From NCBI GenBank assembly GCA_964511215.1, contig CAZEER010000005.1, positions 1 through 55,221 of the forward strand: 55,221 nucleotides of DNA. The letters run 5' to 3'. Shown piece after piece: positions 41,822 through 50,750 of the stretch. Positions within the stretch are counted from its first letter, which is position 1. Each line of letters opens with the position of its first letter. A program made the translations under genes and the position numbers. Under the pieces are notes generated by a model. The model was not told where the DNA came from. It did not search any database and saw only the letters and a list, made by a program, of their open reading frames with translations. This DNA comes from an uncultured bacterium. Its GTDB lineage: Bacteria > Fidelibacterota > Marinisomatia > Marinisomatales > UBA1611.

Positions 41822-44002
41822 TTAGCTATAATCTCTAATTTCTTGAAATTCTATTGGTAGTGTTGATATAACCGTTGTTTGTTTACCAGTTTTGATTAAT
41901 GGTATTGATTTAGAAAATTCAATATTTATTTCAGTTTTTTTACCTAAAGTCTCTGATATATTAGAAATAATTTCATCAAATAATTTCTTTTCAAACCTTA
42001 AAGCTTTAACAATCTTAATAGTTATTGCACCTTCCTCCGTTTGTAAAACCTGATACTGCCTGACTATATATTCATAATCTTTAAACAAATGAGAAAAATA
42101 AGTTCCAGGGAGATACTTTCCATTTGCACCAATAATAATAGATTGTACTCTTCCCTGAATATCTCCAACTAAAGGTAATCCACGACCACAATCGCAATTT
42201 TTCTCGCCTAATGAAGTAGCAAGGTCGCCTATCCTATACCTGATTAATGGCATGCAATAATTATTTAGATCCGTAATAACAACCTCACCTAATTCACCCT
42301 CAGATGCAATTTTCCCATCTTTTAATATTTCAACAATGTAATTTTCAGCTACTACATGGTGACCCATATGTTGGTCGCATTCAAATGCAATTCCAGAAAA
42401 CTCACGGCTACCATATTTATCAAAAACTTTACAATCTAAATTATTTTCAATTTCTTTACGAGAATGATCAGGTAACATTTGTGCTGAAGAGATCACAGAT
42501 ATGATTTTCTTGGAAAATCTAGTATTTGAAGAAACAAATTTTGCACACAAATTCAGAGCTTCAGCGTAACCATCTATAAGAACCGGTTTATACTTACTTA
42601 GTTTTTTTATCATTTTTTCTATATTTTTCTGTTTTATCTCAAATACAGGAATAAATTTTCTTCTTGTTAGCAAAGCATCAATATATTCTTTTATAATCTG
42701 CAAATGATTTAAACCTAAGGTTTGGTGCCACAGTCTAGCTTGTTTATCTCCAAATTTGTATTTTGTCATTTCCATCCCTCTTAAAGTAGCTGCCCAACGA
42801 AATTCTAATTGATGTTTATCTACATAATAAGTAAAAGGCTGCCCTGTTGATCCACTTGTAGTAATCTTTTGTATTTTTCTTTTATCATGGTTATCAGACA
42901 TTAAATCAAAATATATATTCTTTTTAACATCATCTTTGCTCAATAGGGGGATTTTTCCTAAGTCTTTGATTGATTTAATATCCTCAGGAACCAGATCTAA
43001 TTCCTTCATCTTTTCCCTATAATAGGGGACATGCTTATATACATGCTCTATTAATAGATGTAATTTTCTTTTTTGAAGTTCTTTAATCTGATCTGCTGAA
43101 AGCCATTGAGATTGATTGAATTCATTATAATATGTAAAAACAGATCGACCAATCATCCAATGATGGATAGGCATTAACAAAATATAGCACCTAAACCATA
43201 GTTTCCTAATCCCTTTCATTTTATAATGCTTTTTCATACTGACTGGGTATGTATTCATTAATTGACTTAATACAGTCTGCTTCCTTTTGGATATTTTGTA
43301 CTCAACAAATCCTAAAATCAAATCATATAGAACATGTATAATCATTTTTAATGGAAAATAAGGAATAAATGAATGACCCAAATGTCTGGAAAGGAATAAT
43401 GTCTCTACTTCTCGTATTCTATATCCTTTCATATGTGCTGCGACCATAATTAATGATTGAAAATATTTATATTTGAATCGATGGTTCATAATATCTTCAA
43501 ATATTGTTTTGCTACAAATAATAAATCCAGATTTATTATCTTTTAAATTCATTTTAAATAAAGTATTTAATAAAAAGTTTAAAAATACAGAAAGATTTTT
43601 CCTTGAATCCTTTATCCTGCCAATGCTACTTCTGTATCCTTGTACAATATCCGCATTAGAATATTGCAACTCTCGATACAATCTGCCTACATCTTCTGGT
43701 TGATATTGTAAATCAGAATCAATAATACAAATATATTCTCCACTACATGCCTCTAAGCCACTCTTCCAAGCTGCTTCAATTCCTTTATTTTCTTTATGGT
43801 CAATACCTACTATATAATCAGAGTAATGGGTGAACATACTTTCAATAACACTTTTTGTCATATCTTTACTACCATCATTTATCAAAATGATTTCTGCATT
43901 AATACTCATCTTTTTAAATGTAGTTACTAACCTAGTGACTAGCTCTGGTATATTATGTTCTTCATTATAACATGGTGCTATTATTGATAAATCTTTATTC
44001 AT
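41822..44002 (-). CDS. Fusion: DPM1/ArnC-like GT2 (polyprenyl-phosphate glycosyltransferase) + CapK/PaaK-like adenylate-forming ligase
   Basis: N ~240 aa: SIIAPCYNEE, INDGSKD, IDSDLQY.PE, DIVQGYR. C ~450 aa: HVPYYR, TTSGSTGQP, YGSRE, PLIRYRIGD, GRV, TGK. Confidence 0.9.
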   Translation of the reverse strand: MNKDLSIIAPCYNEEHNIPELVTRLVTTFKKMSINAEIILINDGSKDMTKSVIESMFTHYSDYIVGIDHKENKGIEAAWKSGLEACSGEYICIIDSDLQYQPEDVGRLYRELQYSNADIVQGYRSSIGRIKDSRKNLSVFLNFLLNTLFKMNLKDNKSGFIICSKTIFEDIMNHRFKYKYFQSLIMVAAHMKGYRIREVETLFLSRHLGHSFIPYFPLKMIIHVLYDLILGFVEYKISKRKQTVLSQLMNTYPVSMKKHYKMKGIRKLWFRCYILLMPIHHWMIGRSVFTYYNEFNQSQWLSADQIKELQKRKLHLLIEHVYKHVPYYREKMKELDLVPEDIKSIKDLGKIPLLSKDDVKKNIYFDLMSDNHDKRKIQKITTSGSTGQPFTYYVDKHQLEFRWAATLRGMEMTKYKFGDKQARLWHQTLGLNHLQIIKEYIDALLTRRKFIPVFEIKQKNIEKMIKKLSKYKPVLIDGYAEALNLCAKFVSSNTRFSKKIISVISSAQMLPDHSRKEIENNLDCKVFDKYGSREFSGIAFECDQHMGHHVVAENYIVEILKDGKIASEGELGEVVITDLNNYCMPLIRYRIGDLATSLGEKNCDCGRGLPLVGDIQGRVQSIIIGANGKYLPGTYFSHLFKDYEYIVRQYQVLQTEEGAITIKIVKALRFEKKLFDEIISNISETLGKKTEINIEFSKSIPLIKTGKQTTVISTLPIEFQEIRDYS

Positions 44003-44942
44003 TTTTTAACCAATCATATGTTCTTCTTAAACCTTCATCTATATTAATTTTAGGCTGATAGTTTAATATCTCTTTGGCTTTTTTAATCTCACAAACACGA
44101 ACTGTTCCAGCAGTTTCGTCCTCTTCACGATATAAAGTATCCCCATTAAAGTTTGCAATTTTTTTCATCATTTGAATCAAATCTTTTATGGTAATAGGTA
44201 TGCCTGATCCTAGGTTGATTATATGATTATTATCCTCAATTACCATTGCGGAAATAGTACCTTGTACTATATCATCTACATAAGAATAATCAAGAGTTTG
44301 CAAACCATCACCATTTATTATTGGTGGTTTACTTGCAAGCATCCTTTCAAAGTTTTTTATTATAACTGATTTATAGCCTGAACCAGCGAATTGATTTGGG
44401 CCATAAACAAAAAAATATCTCAAAATATTAAAGTTAAAAGCTTTATGATGGTATTGCTTGATAATTTGTTCACCTGCCAATTTGGAAATACCATAAATTG
44501 TATGGGGATCTGGTGTCAATTTTTCCCCTAATTTTAATGTTTTAATTTTCCCATAAGCATATAGACTACTTGAAAAAACAATTTTTTTCACTCCCACCCT
44601 CAAACACGACTCTGCTATTTTAATTGTACCACTAATATTTGAATCTATAATTGAGAGCGGATTATTCTTAGATTGATTATATTTTTCGGCTGCTAAATGA
44701 AATAAATAATCTGCACCATCTATAGCAATCGCTATATCATCTATATTCGCGATATTTAAAGATATATCATTTAAAAAAATCCTTTCATCGTCCAGATTTA
44801 TATTATTTTTATTACCATAACTACAATCATCAATAATAATAATTTTTGAGACGCCAATATTTAATAATTCCTTTAACAAAAATGATCCTATAAAACCACA
44901 TCCTCCTGTAACCGCAACAACTTTATTCTCAAGAATATTCAT
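43995..44942 (-). CDS. NAD-dependent nucleotide-sugar epimerase/dehydratase (extended SDR)
   Basis: VTGGCGFIGS, FHLAAEK, FSSSLYAYG, YGISK, RYFFVYGP, GDGLQTLDY. Confidence 0.9.
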   Translation of the reverse strand: MNILENKVVAVTGGCGFIGSFLLKELLNIGVSKIIIIDDCSYGNKNNINLDDERIFLNDISLNIANIDDIAIAIDGADYLFHLAAEKYNQSKNNPLSIIDSNISGTIKIAESCLRVGVKKIVFSSSLYAYGKIKTLKLGEKLTPDPHTIYGISKLAGEQIIKQYHHKAFNFNILRYFFVYGPNQFAGSGYKSVIIKNFERMLASKPPIINGDGLQTLDYSYVDDIVQGTISAMVIEDNNHIINLGSGIPITIKDLIQMMKKIANFNGDTLYREEDETAGTVRVCEIKKAKEILNYQPKINIDEGLRRTYDWLKNE

Positions 44943-44959
44943 TAATTATATATCACTTA

Positions 44960-46141
44960 TTATTGGACGGAAAATTTATTTATTTCTTTCTTGTAAATAT
45001 CATATTGTTTTTTTGCTAAAATAGATATTGAAAGGTTCTTTCTTGCGTATTCTCTCGCATTAGCTCCAATATTTTTTCTTTTAGATTTTTTCATCAATAA
45101 CATCTTCATAATTGCCTTAACAAATTTATCTTCATCACCATAAGGTACTAACATTCCTGTCTCTCCATCATTAATCATCTCCGGAATACCTCCAACATTG
45201 GTACTTATTATAGGCAGTCCTGCACCCATGGCTTCTTTTATTGTCAATGGAGATCCTTCAGACATTGAAGATTGAATATAAATATCAAGACTAAATAAAA
45301 ATTGTGGAATTTTTTCACGTTCAATATTACCCATTAATTTCACATATTTATCTAATCCTAATTCTTTTACTAATTTTTTTAGCGGCCTATATAATGGACC
45401 ATTTCCTGCAATTGAGAGATAAACATCTTTACCAAATTTTTTTCTAACTTTTTTAAATACTCGTATTAGCAAGGAAAAATCTTTTTCTCCAACTAATCTA
45501 CCTATACTTCCTATATGTACGACTGAAGAATCCCTATTATGAATTAGTTCAGTTGAGTGAAATAAATTATCGATATTGATGGTTTGAGGGAGGATGGGTA
45601 TTTGATCCCATTTTGAACCAAGTTTTTTTTTATATATATCTAAATTTTTATTAAGTGTTTTCTTTGAATCAGTTATAATAATTAGGTTATTTTTTAAAAA
45701 ATATTCGAATGAAATATTAAAAATTTTTCTATTAATATATTTAAATTGGTTTTCATTACCGAGATACCAAACTAGAGGTTTTCTCAATAATCTACATACT
45801 AACATTTGTATATTAAAATAGCTAGGTTCTTCGCAGATAATGATATCAGGTTTTAAAATTTTTATAGCATTAAATAATTTGTAGGCAAATAAATTTTTGA
45901 GAACTTGCCTTATTTTCTTCCAAAATAGATATGGTCTTAAACCATTATCTTGAGGCATAATAGTGCATGAATAGCAGTCAACTCCATTTCTAATAAATTC
46001 ATGCTTATGCTCTCCTTCAGCATTATACAAACATAATAATTTCCTTTTGATTCCATATTGCCTATCATACTTACATAAATCAAGTAAATAGGCTTGCACC
46101 CCGCCAGCACCGGGAGAACCAATTATATGCAATATATTCAT
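44960..46141 (-). CDS. Glycosyltransferase family 4
   Basis: ILHII..PGAGG, SIGRLVGEKD, SEGSPLTIKEAMGAGLPIISTNVGGIPE. Confidence 0.92.
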   Translation of the reverse strand: MNILHIIGSPGAGGVQAYLLDLCKYDRQYGIKRKLLCLYNAEGEHKHEFIRNGVDCYSCTIMPQDNGLRPYLFWKKIRQVLKNLFAYKLFNAIKILKPDIIICEEPSYFNIQMLVCRLLRKPLVWYLGNENQFKYINRKIFNISFEYFLKNNLIIITDSKKTLNKNLDIYKKKLGSKWDQIPILPQTINIDNLFHSTELIHNRDSSVVHIGSIGRLVGEKDFSLLIRVFKKVRKKFGKDVYLSIAGNGPLYRPLKKLVKELGLDKYVKLMGNIEREKIPQFLFSLDIYIQSSMSEGSPLTIKEAMGAGLPIISTNVGGIPEMINDGETGMLVPYGDEDKFVKAIMKMLLMKKSKRKNIGANAREYARKNLSISILAKKQYDIYKKEINKFSVQ

Positions 46142-46153
46142 AAGAAAAAATAA

Positions 46154-47059
46154 TTATAAAAAACGTCCAACTCTTCTTAAAAAATAGCGAATTATTGACA
46201 TCTTCTCTTCTAAAAAGATTGTATTAAAAATAGGTGTGGTCTCCCCAAATTTAATTGCTTTCCTTGCAAATTTTGCAGCCCTTTTTCTATTACCATTTGA
46301 TTTATAATGCTTAGCCATTTGTTTATTTACAAAAAATCTCGCCATGTTTTTTCTTTTTTGGGATGCAAAATACTTTGGATGTCTTGCAATAATTTTTTCT
46401 ACAATTTTTGGTCGAAGAGATAAATATTTATTTCCAACACTATTAACATTTTTTCTTCTTTTATATATAACATTATCTGTATAGACACCAATAATATTCT
46501 TCTCATAGACACTTAACCAGAAATCCCAGTCTGCGTTAATAAAGAATTCATTGCTAAACCCACCCAAGTCATTAAATAGTGAAATTTTAATGGGAGATGC
46601 ACCATTAAAAAGAGGCCTTGTAGAAAGTTTATTATGATCTTTTAGTGGTTTAATAATTGCAGAGTGATTATTGGAAAAATGTTCAGAATCTCCATAAATA
46701 AATTCTGCTTCTGGAAATTTTTCAATAGCCAAGGATATATTTTTTAATGCATTAGGTGGTAAAATATCATCACCATCAAGCTGGCAATACCATTCTGTTT
46801 TTGATAATTCTATCGCTTTTCCCCGTGTTATATATGGCCCAGAATTTTCTTTAAACATGTATTTTTCAAACTTCGAATGGTAAAAGTCTCTAAATATCCT
46901 TTTTGTTTTCCTATTTGCACCACCATCTAACACTATAATTCCTAACCAATCATCATGTTTTTGATCTAAAACAGATTGGATAGCTTGTTTAAGGTACTTC
47001 CCACTTTTATAAGCAGTTATACCTACAGTTATTTTTGGATGTTTTTTCTTTTTTATAAT
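46154..47059 (-). CDS. Glycosyltransferase family 2 (true N-terminus extends ~42 codons beyond the ORF-track GTG)
   Basis: The frame stays open upstream of GTG 46933 and encodes IIKKKKHPKITVGITAYKSGKYLKQAIQSVLDQKHDDWLGIIVLDG, the first strand and helix of the GT2 fold. An in-frame TAA lies at 47063-47065. QLDGDD and ADWDFW follow downstream. Confidence 0.85.
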   Translation of the reverse strand: MIKKKKHPKITVGITAYKSGKYLKQAIQSVLDQKHDDWLGIIVLDGGANRKTKRIFRDFYHSKFEKYMFKENSGPYITRGKAIELSKTEWYCQLDGDDILPPNALKNISLAIEKFPEAEFIYGDSEHFSNNHSAIIKPLKDHNKLSTRPLFNGASPIKISLFNDLGGFSNEFFINADWDFWLSVYEKNIIGVYTDNVIYKRRKNVNSVGNKYLSLRPKIVEKIIARHPKYFASQKRKNMARFFVNKQMAKHYKSNGNRKRAAKFARKAIKFGETTPIFNTIFLEEKMSIIRYFLRRVGRFL

Positions 47060-47094
47060 TAATTACTTTTAATGAGTCTTTTTCTAATTAAAGG

Positions 47095-47790
47095 TTATTT
47101 GGTTCCCTTAGCATAAATAGATTCGAAATCACGATCTATCTTATCGATATCTTTATCAAATTTTCTTAAGGAAACATTTTTAAATCCTTTTTCCCTTAGA
47201 ATATGTAATAAATTTTCTTCATCAAACATATATTTATGCTCACCATCCATATATGCTATATAATTGACTGAATCAATTCCTGTAGTTTTATTAAATGATT
47301 CATCCCATCTATAATAATTATTCATATTTCTGTTTTTTAAATATCCTTCAATATAAATTCTTGCATTTGGAACACAAATCGAGAATTGGGCACCTAATTT
47401 TAATACCCTTTTGCATTCATCGAGTAGTGATTGACCTTCATCATAACTTAAATGCTCAAAAAAATGAGAAGAATAAATCATTGATATACTACTATCAGGG
47501 AAAGGAATTCCTTGACGCAAATCACAATAAATATCACATTCGTTGTTCTTATCTAAATTTATCCAATTTTTGGCACCTCTTTTTTCACCACCTCCTAATT
47601 CTATGAATATTTCATTTTTCTCTTTAATTATTTTATTTATCATTTTTTTTGATTGATGTTTTCTGTAAAAATAAAAAATATATGACACATATTTTTTATA
47701 AAAGTGAAAAATGAAACGCTTTAGCCTATGTTTTGATAAAGGAGATGAACAAAAAGACTGAAACTTTTCAAAGGGATTATATTTCATCAA
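47095..47790 (-). CDS. SAM-dependent methyltransferase domain protein (type 11)
   Basis: IELGGG, WINLD, DLRQGIPF, YSSHFFEHL, RVLKLG, VPN. Confidence 0.82.
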   Translation of the reverse strand: MMKYNPFEKFQSFCSSPLSKHRLKRFIFHFYKKYVSYIFYFYRKHQSKKMINKIIKEKNEIFIELGGGEKRGAKNWINLDKNNECDIYCDLRQGIPFPDSSISMIYSSHFFEHLSYDEGQSLLDECKRVLKLGAQFSICVPNARIYIEGYLKNRNMNNYYRWDESFNKTTGIDSVNYIAYMDGEHKYMFDEENLLHILREKGFKNVSLRKFDKDIDKIDRDFESIYAKGTK

Positions 47791-47853
47791 TTAATTTTGT
47801 ATTTATAATAATCTAAAAAAATTATTATTGATCGTTAAAATTTTCTAAGAAGT

Positions 47854-48726
47854 TTATTTATTAAAAAATCTATATAATTTTTTAAAAATGATTAGAAAAA
47901 AGGAAAACTCATAAAAAATAGTTGGAAGTTTTCCAAGGTTTCTATTAAAAAAATCTTTTGAATTTTTCTTTTTTATTTCACCATTTTCCATCTGGTAGTT
48001 TGCGTCTAAAATATTAAGGGTCTTGTTTTTTGTTATATTAACATTTGCTTTTGCACCATCACTTAGAAATGTATCAGATTGTGTTTTATAATTCTTAAAC
48101 TTATAACTGTGGTTTTGGTGCATTACTTGCAGATCATAGGTTATGTCAATTACTGGTATCATCATCCTACGAGCCTTCCATAATAACCAATTATCCCAAC
48201 CTATTCTACCTATAACAAGCTGTGGTAATTTTTTAAAGGTCCTCTTTTTAAAAATAAAATAATCAATTCCAGTACATGCATGCTGTATTGAATTTTGATT
48301 TGCAAAAAACCAAAATTCTCTTAGCTCACTCTGATTGTTAAAATCAATTATTTTATCAACATCAAGATCCCATCTATGTCCAATTGCTAAAAAATTTTTT
48401 TCTAATCTATTCAAAACCTTAATAACTTGTAAAAAGTTTTGTGGTAATAAAATATCTGAATTCAAATAGCACAGCATTTGGTTTTTTGAATATTTTTCTG
48501 CAGTTTCAAATAACCCAGGTATTGTTGGGGTATTTCTACTTGTTGTAGGGATTTTACCCAGAAATTTTGCACCAATGGATTTTGCAGCTTCCTCAGCTCC
48601 TTCAGATGAACCCATTATTAAAATTTCCATCTTATCAGATAAAGATCTCCAATTAGAAAAAGCATTTTTTTGAATTGTTGAAAATTCTTCTTTGAAATCT
48701 TTAGGTGTAGAAAATAGTGTAATCAA
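47854..48726 (-). CDS. Conserved hypothetical protein, probable GT-A fold glycosyltransferase
   Basis: TLFSTPKDF, QKNAFSNW, YLNSDILL (DxD-like position), GHRWD, GIDYF, WDNW, HQNH; TTG start; glycan-locus context. Confidence 0.6.
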   Translation of the reverse strand: MITLFSTPKDFKEEFSTIQKNAFSNWRSLSDKMEILIMGSSEGAEEAAKSIGAKFLGKIPTTSRNTPTIPGLFETAEKYSKNQMLCYLNSDILLPQNFLQVIKVLNRLEKNFLAIGHRWDLDVDKIIDFNNQSELREFWFFANQNSIQHACTGIDYFIFKKRTFKKLPQLVIGRIGWDNWLLWKARRMMIPVIDITYDLQVMHQNHSYKFKNYKTQSDTFLSDGAKANVNITKNKTLNILDANYQMENGEIKKKNSKDFFNRNLGKLPTIFYEFSFFLIIFKKLYRFFNK

Positions 48727-49638
48727 TTATTTAATATTTTTAAAAACGAACAAAAATGATTTTTTAAAATTAAAAGTGATAATGAATTCAATCATGTCAA
48801 CAAAAAATATGAAATATTTTTTATTATCAAGGTTGTTTCTTGACAATTTTATAAAATAATCCTTTAGCCATGAAAATATTCTATTATTTATAATCTTCTG
48901 GCTTTTTCTATCAATTTTTTCTAATAGGTGTTTATTTTTTTTATAAATTTTTAATTGTTCACGATAATGTAATTCAACAGTTGAATTTTGTGCCAAACCA
49001 TTATTTAACTTTCTGTATACAGAATTGATTTCTGAACAGTATCCATATTTAAATTCTTTAGACATCCTAATTCTAAAATCCCAATCCTCCCAAATTTTAA
49101 TTTTCTCATCATATAACCCAATCTTTATGGCATAAGACTTATAAAACATTTCATTATGAAAATTTTTTCCTGATGAAACATTAAAAGATCGAAGAAAATT
49201 TTCTATAAAAATTTGTCCTTCGGCAGGTGTGTCAGTAGTTTTTGAAAATATCCCCTGATCATTTCCATTCTCATCAATAAACTTGTGGTTTGAATAAACA
49301 CATCCATATTCTTTATGTTTAATTTTTTTTAATTCAGTTTCAATTTTCCGTGGAAAATAGTAGTCATCTGCATCAAGAAAAGTTATTATATCTTCACCAC
49401 AATTTTTTATAGCTGTATTTCTCGCTTTGCTAATACCATAGTTATTCTCATGATAAATAGTTTTTATTTTTCTTGGATATCTGCTTTGATAACCTTTTAT
49501 TATTTCTCTTGAATTATCATTTGATGCATCATCAACAATAATGATTTCTGCGGGCTGAATTGTTTGAGAAAGCACACTTTCTATGGATTCTGCAATATAT
49601 CTTGATTTATTATAAGATGTGATATAGACGCTTACCAA
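48727..49638 (-). CDS. Glycosyltransferase family 2
   Basis: VSVYITSYN, VDDASND, ARNTAI, FLDADD, WEDWD; TTG start. Confidence 0.92.
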   Translation of the reverse strand: MVSVYITSYNKSRYIAESIESVLSQTIQPAEIIIVDDASNDNSREIIKGYQSRYPRKIKTIYHENNYGISKARNTAIKNCGEDIITFLDADDYYFPRKIETELKKIKHKEYGCVYSNHKFIDENGNDQGIFSKTTDTPAEGQIFIENFLRSFNVSSGKNFHNEMFYKSYAIKIGLYDEKIKIWEDWDFRIRMSKEFKYGYCSEINSVYRKLNNGLAQNSTVELHYREQLKIYKKNKHLLEKIDRKSQKIINNRIFSWLKDYFIKLSRNNLDNKKYFIFFVDMIEFIITFNFKKSFLFVFKNIK

Positions 49639-49643
49639 ATACT

Positions 49644-50750
49644 TTAGACCTTTTTTACTTTATATACAAATAAGTTCTTATAGCGATCTTTTACCTTATC
49701 AATAATAACCTTTTTATCATGCACTACAATTTTATATCCTATTTTCGCTAATTCTACAGCTAATTGAAGCTTCTGAGATTCTTCAATAATATTGGTTCCA
49801 GGTTTGTAAGTTATATCTGAAAACTTTATGATTTTTGATTTATCATTGTTCCGTATAAAATCCTTAATTTGATTCTGCAAATGTTCTTTATTTGATCGTC
49901 CAGTTGCTTTACTCATGATTGCATTAATACCAATATCGTCTGCAAAATTATAAAATGCTCTATTATCTCTTGGAAAGCAAGGTCCTCCAAAACCATATCC
50001 ATATTTCAAATACTTTTTCCCTATTCGAGAATCAGAACCAATTGCATTCAATATAATATTAGGATCACAATTAGCTTGTTTGGCAATATCTCCAACCATA
50101 TTTGCATAAGCAATTTTTGTTGTCAAAAAACAGTTTAAAGCTATTTTAGTGATTTCTGCTTCTTTTCTTTTCATACGGTGAATCGTCGGGTTATTATTTA
50201 AAAAGGATGAATATATTGATTCAACTAAATCACCAGCTTTTCGATTACTTTCACCGATTAGTAGTAAATCAGGATTACTCATATCATTCATAATTGATCC
50301 CTGTGCAATAAATTCAGGATTATAAGACACTGTGTACCCATAAGGTTTCAATTTTTTCTGTAAACTGTCACAATACCCTGGCATTGTAGTACAACCTATT
50401 ATTAAATGTTTAGTACCTATTCCATCATTTAGATCTATTAGTTGTTCTGATACCTTATCAATTTGGGAATGGTCATATTTTCCATTTTTCAAAGATGGAG
50501 TTGACACAAAGAGAAATAATATATCTGAATGCCGAATCCCTTTCTTCATTTCAGTCGTTCCAGCAAATTGAGTTGAATTCTTTAAATAACTGGTTACCTT
50601 TGGTTCATCAGAATTATATTTTTTATTATTTAAACTTTCTACATAACCTTGATCAATATCAACACCAATTACATTATATCCATTTTTTTCTAAAGTAAGT
50701 GCAAAACATAAACCTAGTTTTCCGACACCAATAACAGTAATATTCTTCAT
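49644..50750 (-). CDS. UDP-glucose/GDP-mannose dehydrogenase family protein (short C-terminus)
   Basis: VIGVGKLG, VSTPS, YNPEFIAQG, KIAYAN, DSRIG, GFGGPCFPRD (catalytic Cys), YKPGT. Confidence 0.9.
   Translation of the reverse strand: MKNITVIGVGKLGLCFALTLEKNGYNVIGVDIDQGYVESLNNKKYNSDEPKVTSYLKNSTQFAGTTEMKKGIRHSDILFLFVSTPSLKNGKYDHSQIDKVSEQLIDLNDGIGTKHLIIGCTTMPGYCDSLQKKLKPYGYTVSYNPEFIAQGSIMNDMSNPDLLLIGESNRKAGDLVESIYSSFLNNNPTIHRMKRKEAEITKIALNCFLTTKIAYANMVGDIAKQANCDPNIILNAIGSDSRIGKKYLKYGYGFGGPCFPRDNRAFYNFADDIGINAIMSKATGRSNKEHLQNQIKDFIRNNDKSKIIKFSDITYKPGTNIIEESQKLQLAVELAKIGYKIVVHDKKVIIDKVKDRYKNLFVYKVKKV

Noticed and set aside
25529-46122. Short same-strand alternative-frame ORFs (25529-25720, 26072-26269, 45937-46122)
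   Set aside because: Nested in longer intact genes whose motifs continue in the main frame; no sign of a frameshift.
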